Source: Callorhinchus milii (Eukaryota). Taken from it: 64,000 nucleotides of DNA. The notes beneath the pieces were generated by a model. It did no database searches, was not told the DNA's origin, and worked only from the letters and a program-made list of their open reading frames with translations. The position numbers and the translations under genes are program-made. The stretch covers positions 74,526,001 to 74,590,000 of the forward strand of contig NW_024704742.1 of the NCBI RefSeq assembly GCF_018977255.1. Reading direction: 5' to 3'. This document shows positions 34,913 through 48,240 of this stretch, piece after piece. How positions within the stretch are numbered: position 1 is the stretch's first letter; every line of letters begins with the position of its first letter.

Positions 34913-35134
34913 CCTCAAATAAACTTTTATATCAAAATTTGGGCTTGCAAAGTGCAGAAGTACAGATCATCAACAAATATACTAGATGAAAGGATTGAAA
35001 TCATTGCAATAATCTTGCAATAGTTTTATTTTAGTTTTTTTAATGGTTTAGGTATTGCTCGATTGGCAAACCTTGAAATCTGAGTTTGACATTATATAAA
35101 TCAATACTAATCTATCAATGAAGGACTTAACACA

Positions 35135-35378
35135 CAACTGAAGTTCTGCTTTCAGATTTGGGCACCTTACTTCAAAGAAAGATGTTGAGGCCTTGGAGGG
35201 GGAACAGAGGAGGTTTATGAGAATGGTACCAGGGATGAGGAGTTATGATTATGAAGAGAGATTGGAGAAGATGTGTCTGGTTTCATTGGAGCGGAGAAAG
35301 TTGAGAGGGGATCTGATACAAGTGTATAGAATTATGAGGGGTTTTGGCAGGGTAAATAGGGAGAAGCTATTTCTACTG
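35135..35378 (+). mobile_element. CR1 ORF2 fragment
   Basis: LEGEQRRFMRMVPGMRSYDYEERLEKMCLVSLERRKLRGDLIQVYRIMRG. Confidence 0.92.
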
Positions 35379-35549
35379 TAAGGATGTCCTCCTGATGTGA
35401 AGGCACTATATTAAACGTAAGTATTTTAATTTTATTATTCTTACTAATCTGTTTTGTTTGCTTGGATATTTCTTCTACTGTTTTCCGCTCTTGGATGCTG
35501 TGAGGTACATCCCTAATAGAGTGACTCACCCTCTCTTATCTTTTAATAA

Positions 35550-35740
35550 AATAATGATAATTTGGTCATTCAATCCATGATTGTTTGTGGGACACTGCTG
35601 TGCGCAATTGGTTGCTGAGCTTCGCCCACAAAATATACAGTAAGTTCATTTGAAAGTATATTCTGTGAAGCGCTTTGACATGTCTTGAAGACGTGTTAAG
35701 GGGCTATATCAAATGCAAGGATTATTATTCTTATTATTTG
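35550..35740 (+). mobile_element. tRNA/Deu SINE 3' half
   Basis: Deu domain + TTGAA-loop tail. Confidence 0.9.
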
Positions 35741-36302
35741 TATCAAACAGACTCTGTCTACTTTTTCCTTATACATATCTCTTCAATTTACTGATATATA
35801 ACAATAGAAATTTACATTTATATAACACTCTTTCATGGGGAAGCATGTTACCTTCCTGGTTTGGCAATCGAGCTAGGGGTGAGGGCAATGGTTATCTCAG
35901 AGTAACAATCTCGGAGAGTATTTTATTAACTCTGCTGCCCCTCCACTTTTCCTATGTGTTTTCTAAATATATTGTAATATATAATATAATGTTTGTGACC
36001 TGCTTGTAACCATGCTTCCATGATTGTAATTACACCTAATTTCTTGCTTTTAACAGCCATGAGTTAGTTTTCTTGTTTTACATGTACTCAGCGCATTGTA
36101 ACACATACTTCTACATTTTATGATGTTCTTGTTATTTTTAGCTGGTCCCTGATAATTTACTGTCTCTTGAGTATTTGTATTCTTCTCAAAGGTTTGACTT
36201 GGTCCAGCTAAACAATCTAAATTATTTTCTTTACAAATAAATTGTGATTACAAATTTAAAAAATAGCTTTTCCAAATGCACACCATTGTTGGTTTAATCA
36301 TC

Positions 36303-36663
36303 ATAATAAGAAGAATCCTTGGATTTGATATAACGCCTTATCACAACTTCAAGATGTCTCAAAGCACTTCACAGAATATGCTGTAAAGTGTAGTGACTGT
36401 GTTTGTAGGGGAAACTCAGCAGCCAATTGCACACAACACTGTCCACAAACAGTCGTGGGTTTAGCAACCAGTTATTTTTTGAAGGGATTATTACCTCTAG
36501 AAAGTGATGCGCCAATTGACTAATAACCGGGTTCCTACTAACTGGTAGGTAAAAAGAGGCGTGTGGAGTAAAGAAACTTGCTTAAGTTTCGCCCCAAACG
36601 GGAATCAAACCCAGGTCCTCTTGCTTGTGAGGCGAGCGAGCTAACCTACTCTCCAGGACTCCG
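36303..36663 (-). mobile_element. tRNA/Deu SINE, long subtype
   Basis: Tail, Deu domain, central block, head ending caggactcc. Confidence 0.9.
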
Positions 36664-37934
36664 TTGTTGAGACGTCTCAAAGGGCCTCACATGATACACT
36701 GTAAAATGGAGTGACTCTTTATTTTGTGGGTGAAACACAAACAAATCTCAAGAATATTAAGTCACACCATTCAAAAGTAACGTTGGAATTGAGGCAGCTC
36801 TCTAAATAAATACTGTTAATTTCCAATGCTCCTCCAATACTGTAAAAACACCAACTTCCCATCTTAAAGAAATCTAGTGACAAATCCAATAAACAGAGGT
36901 AATGTTGAATATTCCATTAGTGCTGAGCCTTTACACACCACTTGCTACATGAATTCCATGTGGATCAGGTTTTAATACCTACAACAGGCCAATACATTTC
37001 ACATTAATATTTGTATAATAAACAGATTTTTCTGGGTGTATTGAGCATTTAAACAATATTGATGCATGACGGTACATTATAAAACAAGATGTATGCGTTG
37101 CCGCATCCCTGGTAGTTTGTGCTGTATGACTAATGAAGCTATTTAAGGATATTGCACTTCTATCATTCCCACAATGGCATGAAAGTAACATCAGCCCTTA
37201 AACGATTTGGGATAAAATTCACATTGTATCTTGAACTCGTCTCATTGTCCTCTGCACAAGCAACTGCAGGAAACCAGGATGAACATCAAGATAGGAGTTT
37301 GGGTCCAAATTGCAGCAATTTCTAATGGGATTTCAAATGTAACCACTGTGAGTCAGAAAATATGGGGGCTTCTTCCTATAACCTGAAGTACATTACACTC
37401 ACTGATGGAGTTGGAGTGGAGTTGGTGCAATTTGACGTGATACACTTTCTGATTAACAGAAGAAAATTTAAAGTTGTTATTAAGGAACCATTTGTGGACA
37501 CATGCTATGCACAAAATGGCTGTTGCAGTAAATAGTGCTATGTTCTTTTACACAAGCACTAATTGACCAAAATTACTGTGAAACTGAAAGTTCCATGCAT
37601 AATAACAATAATAACATTTGATGTAGTATTTGATTACTTTGTGGAGACATCTCAAAGTGCCTCACAGGATATATTGCAGTTTTGTGTGTATTTTGTGGAC
37701 CAATGCACCAGCCATTGTTGCAGAAACAGCCATGGAGTGGGTAACAAATTTTATATGGGGGATTGTTGGCCAGGACATCAGTAGAAACTCCCTTCTCTTG
37801 TCAAGTAGATGGGACCTCAGTGTGAAATGTCTAAATATATGCAACATTCGCAGGTCAAATGGAGCACATTTGTGCTCAGCAAAACACAGGAAGAAGCAAG
37901 CATATAAATGCTGAAGATTCACAGCAGCATATGA

Positions 37935-38125
37935 AAATGGGTGGGGGCAGACTGGAAGAAGGCAGAAGGCCTGCCCACCAATAATGCGGCGAGCGAGGCA
38001 GGGGATGTGAAGCAGGCCGGAGCCCGCTGGGCGGAGGGAGCGAGCAGGATGGTAGAGAAGGTGAGGACCAGGATCTTGAACTGTATCGTCTGTATGATGG
38101 AAAGCCAGTAGAGTCGGGCAAATGT
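37935..38125 (-). mobile_element. L2 fragment
   Basis: HPARSLRPAGSGLLHIP..IIGGQAF. Confidence 0.75.
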
Positions 38126-38444
38126 TGAACAACTCCTCCTTTCTCAATTTGGCTGCACAGACCCCACACCCTTTGCCAGTTGTTACCTCTCAGTCTTGCC
38201 CAAAATGCATCTTGCTTGGCTCCACTCTGGCCCACCATTTACACATTATTTCCCCTCCCGCCTAATCACTCTCCACCCCCCCACCCGCTCCCCATGTCCA
38301 CTCGACCTTAGCCAACTTCTCATCAACACATACATCACACCCACAGAAATGTTGCTCTGAGCAACAATTTCTGCAGCTAAAATTGTTTTGAGACGGACAA
38401 CTGTTAGAATTATTTAGATGCAACTGGCTCTAATGCCGGTGAGC

Positions 38445-38850
38445 AACAACAACAATTTCTGTTTATACAGCATTGGAAGGATTCACACAGCTGCTTGGAG
38501 CCTGAGTTCGGGGTTGGGGGGAGGCGGGTGGGTGGGGAGGTGGGGCTTGCTGGGAAGGGTCAAAAGTGATCAAAAATGCAGTTGAAAATAAAGTTCTTAA
38601 GATGGCAATTAAAGGTGGGGAATGGAGAGACTCCGGATGGAGTGCCAGAGAGTGGGACAGAATGGCTGAAAAGTCATCCACGAATGGTGGGAAAGTCATC
38701 CATGAATGGTGGGGTAGGTCGAGCGGTGAACATTAAGCAGGCCAGAGATTTAAACATGACAGATTCTGGAATTCGATCCGATGCAGTATGGGAAGCTAGT
38801 AGAGCCGAGTGATGAAGGAGTGATAGGCTCATGGAGCCTGGTGTGGGACA
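38445..38850 (-). mobile_element. Old L2 3' fragment
   Basis: (TTG)n tail; ggatggagtgccagagagtgggacagaatggctgaa. Confidence 0.7.
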
Positions 38851-39289
38851 TGCACAATCTGTGTGTGATATGGTAAATGAAAAAATGACAGAGTAAACAT
38901 CTGAAAAACCTCTACATTCACTGAAAGGGGACCACCATACACTTTAAAGGACAATATGATTTTAAAAATCAGGCCCTTGACGAAAATGACAGCACAATAA
39001 ATCGGGATCATCACAAATCTTGCCCTTAACAGTGTGTGAACACTGTTCGCCATGTACAGTATCACTACTTACAGCTCCCTTACATTATTGCAGTACGTAT
39101 TTCACCCTCATGAGGTGATAATAACTTAATAATAACTTAATTCAATATCCTTGAATTTGATAAAGGGCTTTATAATGTCACCGAGGCAACTTGGGATACA
39201 GCAACAGAGGATTTTATTGTAAAGTGTAGATACTCTAAATTTGTAGACAATCCGCAGCCAGTTTACTCAAGCTATGCACAGCCATGAAG

Positions 39290-39520
39290 TGAATGATCAA
39301 CTTCATCTGGGAGAAACTTCCTTCTCTTTTTGAATAGTGCCAAGGGATCTTTAAAGACCACCTCAACAGCAGATAGGGCTTTGGTTTAACATGTCATCCA
39401 AAGGACAACACCTCTAACAATGTAATGCATCTCCAGCACTGCATCAGAGTGTCAGGCTAGATTGTGAGCTCAAAGTCCCGAAGTGAGGCTTGAACTTACA
39501 ATGTTCTGACTCAGAGCACT
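39290..39520 (-). mobile_element. SacSINE1-like SINE
   Basis: gaatagtgccaagggatcttt..ggtttaacatgtcatcca..gtgtcaggctagatt..ttctgactcagag. Confidence 0.78.
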
Positions 39521-39681
39521 GCAATCTGATATCACAGCAATTGAGACCTAGCTCAGAAATTATAGACTAGTTAACAGCTGTACTGAGGAAAATGCTAGAC
39601 TAGAGAGCATTTCATGACATCTTATCAAAGCTCATTTTAAGAGCACAGCGACATCAATCACATTAATATGCATTTATATAC

Positions 39682-40000
39682 GTGGAGTCCTGTAGCTCAG
39701 TGGTTAGAGCACTCGCTTTGCAAGTGAGAGACCTGAGTTCAGTTCCAGGCAGAGCGAAACCTTGGGCAAGTTTCCTTACTCCGCACGCCTAATAATAATC
39801 CCTCCAAAACCCAAAACAATAATAAATTGGTCATTTTCAATCTATGACTGTTTGTGGGACATTGCTATGCACAATTGGCTGCCGCATTCCCCCACAAATA
39901 TACAGTCACTTCACTTTACAGTATATTCTGTGAAGTGCTTTGGGACGTCTAGAAGGCGTGAAAAGCGCTATATCAACTGCAATGATTATTATTATTATTA
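39682..40000 (+). mobile_element. tRNA-Ala/Deu SINE, short subtype (TAGAA loop), inserted into an old L2 tail
   Basis: Full copy; ttatata duplicated at 39674-39680 and 40001-40007; L2 3' end continues 40008-40260 (-). Confidence 0.95.
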
Positions 40001-40299
40001 TTATATAGCAGCTTTCATGTAAAATGTCTCAAAGCATGGCTGGCCGAGCAGGATGGGAGATAGGGGTAGACAGGTAACAACCAAAGGTGTAGGCAAAGAG
40101 ACACTTTTTAAACAGGTTTTCAAAGCAGAAACCAACAGAGGTGAAGGGATTTAGGGAGAGTCGCATAGATTGGGGGTTAGAAGCTCATCCACTGATGGTG
40201 GGGCAGAATGAGAGGAGGGCATGAAACAGGTCTGAATTGGCAGAGTGGATTAGCATGCTTTTAGAAGCAATATGGCTTAGTCTATAAATCAACTGCCAT

Positions 40300-40840
40300 T
40301 TGAGAGGGTGACCCAGATGTGGCTGTCCAATAAATATTGTCTGCCTAGATTTTCAGAACACCTTTAAAAAAGATTAAACCTTATGAAATTAATGGCAAAT
40401 GGATTAGTTGAACTGAAATCTAATTTAGCATTAGGAAGCTAAAGGTGGTGATACATGCCAAATTTATCTGGTAAACGTGCTTGGCATAGTTCCATTGGGG
40501 TCTGTTGACACTATTTGTTAATGACTTGGAGGAAAGCACCTCAAAAAATTGTAAACTTTACTGATGATACCAAGCTTTGTGAATAATGAGAGAAGGATAA
40601 ACAACATTTAGAATATGTTGATCAATTAAGTGGGCTAAAGAGTGGCAGATGGATTTTCATTTGGAGAATTGTAAGGTAATAGATATTGCAGTAGGAAATA
40701 CTAAACGTGTGCCTGATGGCAGGGTATCCATTAGCAGAGGAGAAGGAAACAGATGTGACTGGTCATTGATCATTTACTGAAGAGTTCCTGTCAATATAAA
40801 ACTGTTATCAACAAAGCTAGCCAAATACTAGGTGGCATCA
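40300..40840 (+). mobile_element. Ancient CR1 RT remnant
   Basis: ctagattttcagaa (LDFQ), aatgacttggag, actgatgataccaagctt (FTDDTKL), tggcagatg. Confidence 0.72.
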
Positions 40841-41387
40841 CATTCTAACTTTGTATAGATTACTGCTGAGACCAAGTTTTGAACATGGGTGAATATTTTT
40901 GATGTTGTAATACCTATGGGTATTAACATTTATGGTCCACTTAGTGACTTTACAATATTTAACACCTTGAGTCGCCCCTGTGTGTACCGGAGGTGGGGAT
41001 GTCTTCAAGTCCAATTGTTGCATTGAAAAGGTAGATATCAGCATACCAGTGTGAAAAACCAAAAAAAGAGTAAAACCAGAATCCTGAAACTGGCAGTCTA
41101 CTACACAACTGCAAATGTAATACACAATGGTAATGTGACCTGACTAGCTATTTGGACATAATCAGAAGGGGGATGTGTTTGAAGTGAGAGTATGTGGTGT
41201 AGGGGATGGGGTGGTTGCAGTGCTCCCTCCTTTAGGCAGCTGAACCATTGAAGTTGTATAATTTCATATTAGTCTTACATTTTCCTCGCTTTATATATGT
41301 GTGTGTGTTATCTGCTTAGGGAGTTGGATTTCATCAGCTTTTCTCTGACAGCTGATTGGTTTCCAGAATTCCTCTAGATTTTATAAC

Positions 41388-41497
41388 AGTAATAATCCTT
41401 GCATTTGATATAACGCTTTTCACATCTTCTAGACATCTCAGAGCGCTTCACAGAATAGACTGTAAAATGAATTGACTGTATATTTGTGGGCGAATAT
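41388..41497 (-). mobile_element. SINE 3' fragment
   Basis: Tail with TAGAA loop. Confidence 0.88.
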
Positions 41498-41894
41498 ATT
41501 CTGAGTGAAACCACAAGTGATTTATCTGGATGTAAAATAACTTGTGGAAATTCTGATCTAAGCCACTGGAGTCTTTTATTGATTGTATTTTTTGTAAAAT
41601 TCAAATGAACATGTTGCCTGACATTCATATATATGCACTGCTGAACAGTAATCACTGACTAGTGACCAGGTGTAGAAACTATGTCTGAACTTTCTCTCTT
41701 TGGCCCAGGGATTCTGGGGTTAATTGTAGATCCAAACTTCTGTCCTGACTGAGATCAACTCTGATCATCTCTTTATATCTGAAAGACCCAGAGGGTGGAA
41801 TATGGAGCAACTGCTGCATTTTAAGCTTTGGGTATTTTAAGTTTTTCTGAGCATGGATCAATGGTTGCCTAGTTTTAGGAATATAGTCCCTGAC

Positions 41895-42528
41895 CAGTAC
41901 TGCCTTCTTCCACCTCTGCCACATTGCCCGCCTCCGACATTACCTTAACCCAAATACAGCCGAAATCCTCGTACGTGCGTTTGTCACCTCCCGCCTGGAT
42001 TACTCAAACACAATCCTCGCTGGTCTCCCCAGCTCTACTATTCAAAAGATCCAACTCTGCCACCTGCATACTCACCTGCACCAAACTCCGTACCCACATC
42101 TCACCAGTTCTGGCCAGGCTCTACTGGCTACCCATCACCGAACAGATCGACTTCGAGATCCTCACACTTGTGTTCAAATCCTTTCACTCTCTGGCACCTC
42201 CCTACTTCTCCAACCTCCTCACTCCCCAATCCATCACCCGGAGTCTCCGCTCGACTGGAACTGGCTTCCTGCTCATCCCTCGCACCCTCAACCCCACCAT
42301 TGCAGGTTGCGCTTTCAGCCACTACGCCTCGAAACTCTGGAAGAATCTCCTTCAGTCCCTCCGCTTTGCCCCCCCTCTCCCCTTTTCAAGTCCTGCCTGA
42401 AAACCCTCCTCTTCCACCGTACTTACGGTCACCTTCCCCCCAGCTTGGAGTCAGCCTCCGCCATTGTTAAGCGATCTGAGACACTACCCTGCGTGGAGGG
42501 TGCTATATAAGTGCAAGTTGTTGTTGTT
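41895..42528 (+). mobile_element. L2 family B 3' fragment
   Basis: AFVTSRLDYSN..HISPVLARLYWLPITEQIDF; tail acactaccctgcgtggagggtgctatataagtgcaagttgttg. Confidence 0.93.
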
Positions 42529-43949
42529 TTACTGAGCATCCTGTGTACCGTGTTCTGCATCTCGATTAATTTGATGCATCAATTTATAAAACTTGCTGGT
42601 TTTATCTTTGATATTAAATAATTTAAGACCTTTACTCTTGTTTCACTTAAGATCTGACCAGTAACAAATGTGATAGAACATATCTGTCATAGTCCTTGAG
42701 TATCCCCTCATAAGGCATTTGCCATAATGTGATTTCTGCAAATGCTCAGGGGAAACCTCACTCTGAATCTGCTTGAGGGAGCTGGAATTTTTCTGAGTGA
42801 AAATGCTACCCATTCATCTGAATGCAAAATAATGTATTTAAAATCTGATCTGAGCCGTTATTTTCATTTATTAGTTGTGTTTTATTTGAAAAAATCACAT
42901 TAACAACAATTAACATGCCTGCTAATGATATGTTTACTTAACAATCTGCTTCTAATTCTGAGCTGTATAAATACAGCTGAGACAAATATTTCATTTAGCT
43001 GGTCATCTCCAGCACTTCTCCCTAGCAAATAGTTGATCTGACCAGAGTCCAGTCTTAGCATGATTTAGTTTTTGTTTCTACATTGCCAGTAATCACTGTA
43101 AAACAGGCTTGATTTCAGAGACAGACTGGAAATGTAAATGTAGCATAACTCAGCACAGATCGGAATTTAAATCTTTCAATTTGCTGCACAGGTAGTGATT
43201 TAATCCACTGCTAGACCACCAGGGGAGTAATCTGCAGTAGTAACATATAATGGCCTAAATAATGACCCCCTAGTGAGGTACTGTAGATCATTTGAATATA
43301 TTTTGCTACTGATTAGGTACTGAGGAGGTGATAAATTAAATAGCTGGTTTTAGACCCTGGAGCTCTTGTCTTTCTGTTCACTAATAGCATTTCCATCTGA
43401 AAAATTGCCTAAAGAAGCTTAGGGCACATATTTATCTTCAGACTCCCTGCAGGTTCTGGGGAATGGTCGCATTCCTGGCCTAATATATTTTAGTCTTCCA
43501 TCAAAACAGGATTTCAACAGCAGTACTGGCATGTGAGTTAAGCCGCTGTTCTCCACACTGGCAATAAGTGTTGTGCTGTGGGCTGGCTCAACATGTGCAG
43601 CACCAACTGGCTTTCAGATAGACAGACTGTAACAGACGCCGTAAAGATAAATAGTCAAGACTTTATATCCCACATTTCTAACCAGTCTTCATCCATTCGG
43701 ATGGTACCATTTCTATTCCATCATCCTCTAAAAGCAAAACTAACTTGAAGTATTATTAAACCCATCTTTTAATCAACTGATATTTATTGTCTGAATACAT
43801 AATATTTTTTCGATTATGTTAGCCAAGTGAATATTAAAATGGTTGTATCCTAGATTATGTGTGGCAGTGATTCAGACCAGGAAGAATGACTACTCAAACT
43901 ACTACTCATTGTGGCTTTACTTGGGCACAGTGGAGTAAGGATTACTCAC

Positions 43950-44018
43950 TTGAAGGAGCTGGTCAAACACAGGCAAAACCTTCAGATGTGTGAATTGTTC
44001 CTGATCCCATGAAGTAAT
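43950..44018 (-). CDS. Candidate internal coding exon, unknown gene (ITSWDQEQFTHLKVLPVFDQLLQ)
   Basis: Branch point ttctaac, acceptor tgtcattttttctag, 69 nt open in phase 0-0, donor caa|gtgagt; no recognised homology. Confidence 0.3.
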
Positions 44019-44344
44019 CTAGAAAAAATGACAAGATATCTGTCTAACGTTAGAACCACCGCTATTCAACCCTGGTCACTTACATTCCAAGGGCAAAATG
44101 TTATGGTCTTAGTACAGCAATCCAATCACACTCTGTGATGGCTCCCTCTTTTTTGTAATGTTTATTGATTTAATAATAACACTCCTCGCATTTCATACAG
44201 CTCCTTATCACTGTGTTGAATCTTCTCACAATTCTTCATCAAGTTTACTGTTTTAGGGCTCCAACCTGTTATCTGCATGAAAGACCCTATATAAATGCAA
44301 GTTGTTGTTGTTGTACAGCGTAGCGACTGTATTTTTAGGAAAAA

Positions 44345-44612
44345 AATACAAAAAATAATTTGGTCACTCAATCCAGGACTGTTTGTGGGACACTGCTGTG
44401 TGCAATTGCCTGCCTCGTTTTAACCACAAAATATACAGTCACTACACTTTACAGTATATTCTGTGAAGCGCTTTGAGACGTCTCAAAGACGTGATAAGGC
44501 GCTATATCAAATGCAAGGATTTGTCTTATTATTTAATACTGTTCAGTGCATCATGTTAGGTAATGCCCACAAAATAAGACTCTTTATGAAATGCAAGGAT
44601 TATTATTATTTT
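44345..44612 (+). mobile_element. tRNA/Deu SINE 3' half plus a small extra tail
   Basis: Deu domain, gagacgtctcaaagacgtgataagg, second aaatgcaaggattattatt at 44588. Confidence 0.88.
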
Positions 44613-44689
44613 CTTAATTTATATCATTATTTTAACATAATATGTGCACCATACTTCATTACCTTTGGAACAGTGCAGCAGCTTTCTTA

Positions 44690-44858
44690 CCATGTTTCAG
44701 GTCTCGGCTGAAGACCTTTCTTTTCGACCGTGCCTTTGGTATCCTTCCTCCCCCAACCCCTGGCTCGGGCCTCGGGATCCGTTACTATGAAGCGCTCTGA
44801 GACGCTGTCCGGCGTGGAGGGCGCTGTATAAATCCAAGTTGTTATTGTTGTTGTTGTT
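44690..44858 (+). mobile_element. L2 (family B-like) short 3' fragment
   Basis: gcgctctgagacgctgtccggcgtggagggcgctgtataaatccaagttgtt. Confidence 0.85.
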
Positions 44859-45934
44859 CTGCTCCTAGCTGGGAATTGCAATGGTTTTCTTTCCATTGGA
44901 TTAATTGCCATGTGCCTGTCTACTTTGCTGGTTTGTTGTCTGTTGCTGTTGACTGAATCTCTTTGTTCAGATCAAGCCTTAACCAAACTGATGGTTGCTC
45001 AGGTTGGGATGAGTGGGTTTCTCTGTTGCTAGGTCATTACATTCATTGATGGTTTGCTGAAGGGAAAGCTTAGCTTTCATTGGTGTTTTTTGCAGTTAGG
45101 ACCATAGCACAGGAGTTTGTTCGGTCTATACTCCCTGTGCTGGTCCAGGAATTAGATCCTCTGAAATACTATGTTAATAGAGGAAATCTAAACTCGGATG
45201 AAATTTCTCCAAAAATGTGCTTTTTAATTTTATTGTCTGGATTATGTCTTTACAAATGATGTGAGAAATATACCTATGAAGGTTAAATGTACCATTATTT
45301 TTAACGTAATGTTTATTAGAATTATTTTGTTTGTAAATAGTTCTTGGACACATTTTTGGGTAGTTTAATGGTTTTGAGTGTTATACTTCAATGTGTGCAG
45401 TAATAACCAGCTGTGTAAGCACAGGGAGGTTGTCATAGTGTGAGGCTTGAATTCTTGTGGGTGGTCAGAGCATGGAACATTTCGTGTCATATTTATTTTT
45501 TGTGGTTGTGCTTTTTCTGTGCAGTTTTAAACCAGAGAGCTGACAGCGAGTGTGAGAATCACATTACTATTCTTACTGAGTGGGGTTACTTACATCTCTG
45601 CAGTAGCTCATAGTCATAATTATGTCAGGTCAATGTGCTCTAAATTACGTAGACCATTAGACAAATACATAGCCTGTTATTTTTTTTGAGTTCTCAGCAT
45701 TTCGGACATAATTATTTTGGACAAAATAGAAACTATGATTTTAGGCAGTTTTCAAACCTAAAAGGCCAATGTATATAAAAATTCCTCTTGAAGGGTCTAT
45801 TCACATGATTCTGCATGCAACACACATTTGAAACCATTGCAGTCCTTTGAAAATTGATGCCAACGTGTCTTGTTTGTAATTACATTCACTCGCTGTTGTT
45901 GACATCAACCGTATCTCTTTCTTTGAAAAAATAA

Positions 45935-46290
45935 CAAGTAGACGAAGGAAGGCAGTGGATGTGGCATATATGGATTTTCAGAAGGCCTTTGATAAATTGC
46001 CTGGTAAAGAAGCTCATGACTAAAATCGGGGCTTGTGAGTTAAGAGAAAGTTAATACAATCAAGAAGGGGATAAGGCTATTCCGGCTGGTTACAACCCAA
46101 ATAGTTTTACATTTGTACTAGAAAAGTAATCAAAGACCCCATTACCAATTTTGTTGAGGAGGACGTTGTAGTTCAAGCAAGTTAACTTGGATTTCAGAAG
46201 GGAAAATCTATTTGACAAGCCTAATCGAATATTTATGTGGGGTTACCAAAAAATAGTTGATGAAAGACATGAAGTAAATATGTTATACCC
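45935..46290 (+). mobile_element. CR1 RT remnants
   Basis: gtggatgtggcatatatggattttcagaaggcctttgataaa (VDVAYMDFQKAFDK); ggatttcagaagggaaaatc. Confidence 0.75.
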
Positions 46291-46586
46291 ATGTATTTTT
46301 TCTGCAGTGCACTGACTAACAAATGAAACATGTGAAAAATGATGTTGATTGTGTTTAGAAGTACTTAATTGTATTCAGTACAAGTGTTTTTTAACTTATA
46401 TTCTTCTTATTATTAGCTGTATTCAGATGTCCAGAGGATTGGTGTGAGTGCCATCATTTTAATGGCAGATAATGGTCCGTTGCCATGTTCAGTGCGACAT
46501 CTTTTGTAAAATGATGGAGGGATGAGGTAAAATGCAACTCTGTCAGCTTGTGTCAGCTCCTCTGTAGTCTCATCTTGCTGTTTTGT

Positions 46587-46982
46587 AATAATAATAATAA
46601 AAATAATCCTTGCATTTGATATAGCTCCTGATCATGTCTTCAAGACATCTCAAAGCTTTACAGAAGATACCGTAAATTGAATTGACTTTTGTAGGCAAAA
46701 CGTGGCAGTCAATTGCGCACAGCAATGTCCAACAAACAGGCGTGGTTTGAGAGACTAAATTATTATCATTATTTTTTATTAATTAATTTTTTTTAAGGAA
46801 TTATTACCCCTGGAAAAGCGATCCGCCAATCAACTAACATTCGGGTTCCTACTTACTGCTGGGTAAACAGAGACGTGTGGAGTAAGGAAAGTTGCCTAGG
46901 GTTTCACCGTGCCCAGCAATTAAATCTAGGTCCTCTTGCTTGCAAGGCAAATTCTCAAATCAATACATTGCAGAACTCCAAG
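46587..46982 (-). mobile_element. tRNA/Deu SINE, long subtype
   Basis: Tail, Deu domain, central block, head. Confidence 0.9.
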
Positions 46983-47023
46983 ACAGGGGGTAAGAGGACT
47001 TTGTGAACACTGTACAAGAATTT

Positions 47024-47453
47024 TCAGAAGGGTTTAGACAAGCTACTGTAATGATGGGAATGGGTGCCCCTTTCTCTGGCCTTCCCCCTTCTCTCTCCCT
47101 CGCTCTCTATGTGATGATGGGAGTTGAGCACTGTGTGAACCAACTCGGCCAGTGTTGAGCGTGGTGGTTCTTCTCGCTCCCATTGTGTCAGCGAGAACGT
47201 GCTCTGGCGAGGGCCGCTCGTTTTCGCTTGCTCGCTGGCTCTGCGCAGTAGGTCTGCACCTGGCACACTCTTGGAGACCACAAGGTTGCCGAATGGTGAT
47301 GTCATGACTTGGGGGAGTTTTGGGGCTGTGCTCTCACTTGGGGGTGGATTCCTGGAGGAGTAAGCAGCTGTACCGTTGTCAGAACAGTACAGTATGAAGT
47401 TGGTCAGCTCTCCCACCCCGCTCAACCATGAAGTGTATTGTTTTGCCTTTTGC
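47024..47453 (-). CDS. Candidate terminal coding exon of an unidentified gene
   Basis: ~143 open codons to TGA; ~15 CpG in ~330 bp against a CpG-poor background; polypyrimidine tract + AG at 47454 (alternative ttactcctccag acceptor at 47352); peptide ..PKLPQVMTSPFGNLVV..LLRRASEQ..RQSTFSLTQWE..; no TE motifs recognised. Confidence 0.45.
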
Positions 47454-47489
47454 CTTATGAGAGAACAGAGAGACAGAGAGAGAGAGACT

Positions 47490-47825
47490 ATAGAGTAGTG
47501 GTTAGCGCGCTTGCCTCGTAAGCGAAAGGACCCGAGTTTGATTCTTGGATAGGGCAGAGCAAAGCCTTAGACAAATTTCCTTACTCCACGCACATATACC
47601 TCTGTTTGCTCGACGTTGAGTGGGAGCTCCGTTATTGGTGGACTGGCATAAATAATCCCTTCTGAAAATAATAATAATTTGGTCACTCAATCTACGACTG
47701 TTTGTGGGACACTGCTGTGTGCAATTGGCTGCCATGTTTTGCCCACAAAACACAAAGTCACTACACATTGCAGCATATTCTGTGAAGCACTTTTAGATGT
47801 CTCGAATACGTGATAAGGCGCTGTG
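47490..47825 (+). mobile_element. tRNA/Deu SINE, long-type
   Basis: gtggttagcgcgcttgcc head, ttccttactccac, Deu domain. Confidence 0.85.
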
Positions 47826-47999
47826 TGGAATAAAAACACAGGCCAGACTAGATGTGCCGGATTGCCTGCTTCTGAGATGTACCATCTATTAATCTATAAA
47901 TGAATTGAGAGATAGCTGGAAAACACTGAGAAGGGCAGCTTCTCAATCTAGCATGAAGTAGGAAGTTCCATACAAAGACTGTTATGCACATAAATGGAT

Positions 48000-48240
48000 T
48001 CAAATATAGGAGGTTTGGTGGTGAAATTCACAAATGACACCAGCATCGGGAGTGTGGTGAATAATGAAAGAGGTTTGCAAAAAAATGCAGGAAAACATAA
48101 AATGATTTTCAGAGTGGGTGAATACCTGGCAGATGAAATTTAATACAGAAAAAGGTGAAGTGAGTCACTTTGATAGGAACAATAAAGAATCTGACTATAA
48201 CCTGGATGGTAGAAACCTAAGAGGGAATCAAGGGGATCTA
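48000..48240 (+). mobile_element. CR1 RT remnant
   Basis: aaattcacaaatgacaccagcatcgggagtgtg; tggcagatgaaatttaat (WQMKFN). Confidence 0.78.

Noticed and set aside
40971..41030. Kazal-like spacing PVCTGGGDVFKSNC
   Set aside because: In-frame stop immediately upstream, no credible acceptor, and the upstream cysteines are missing
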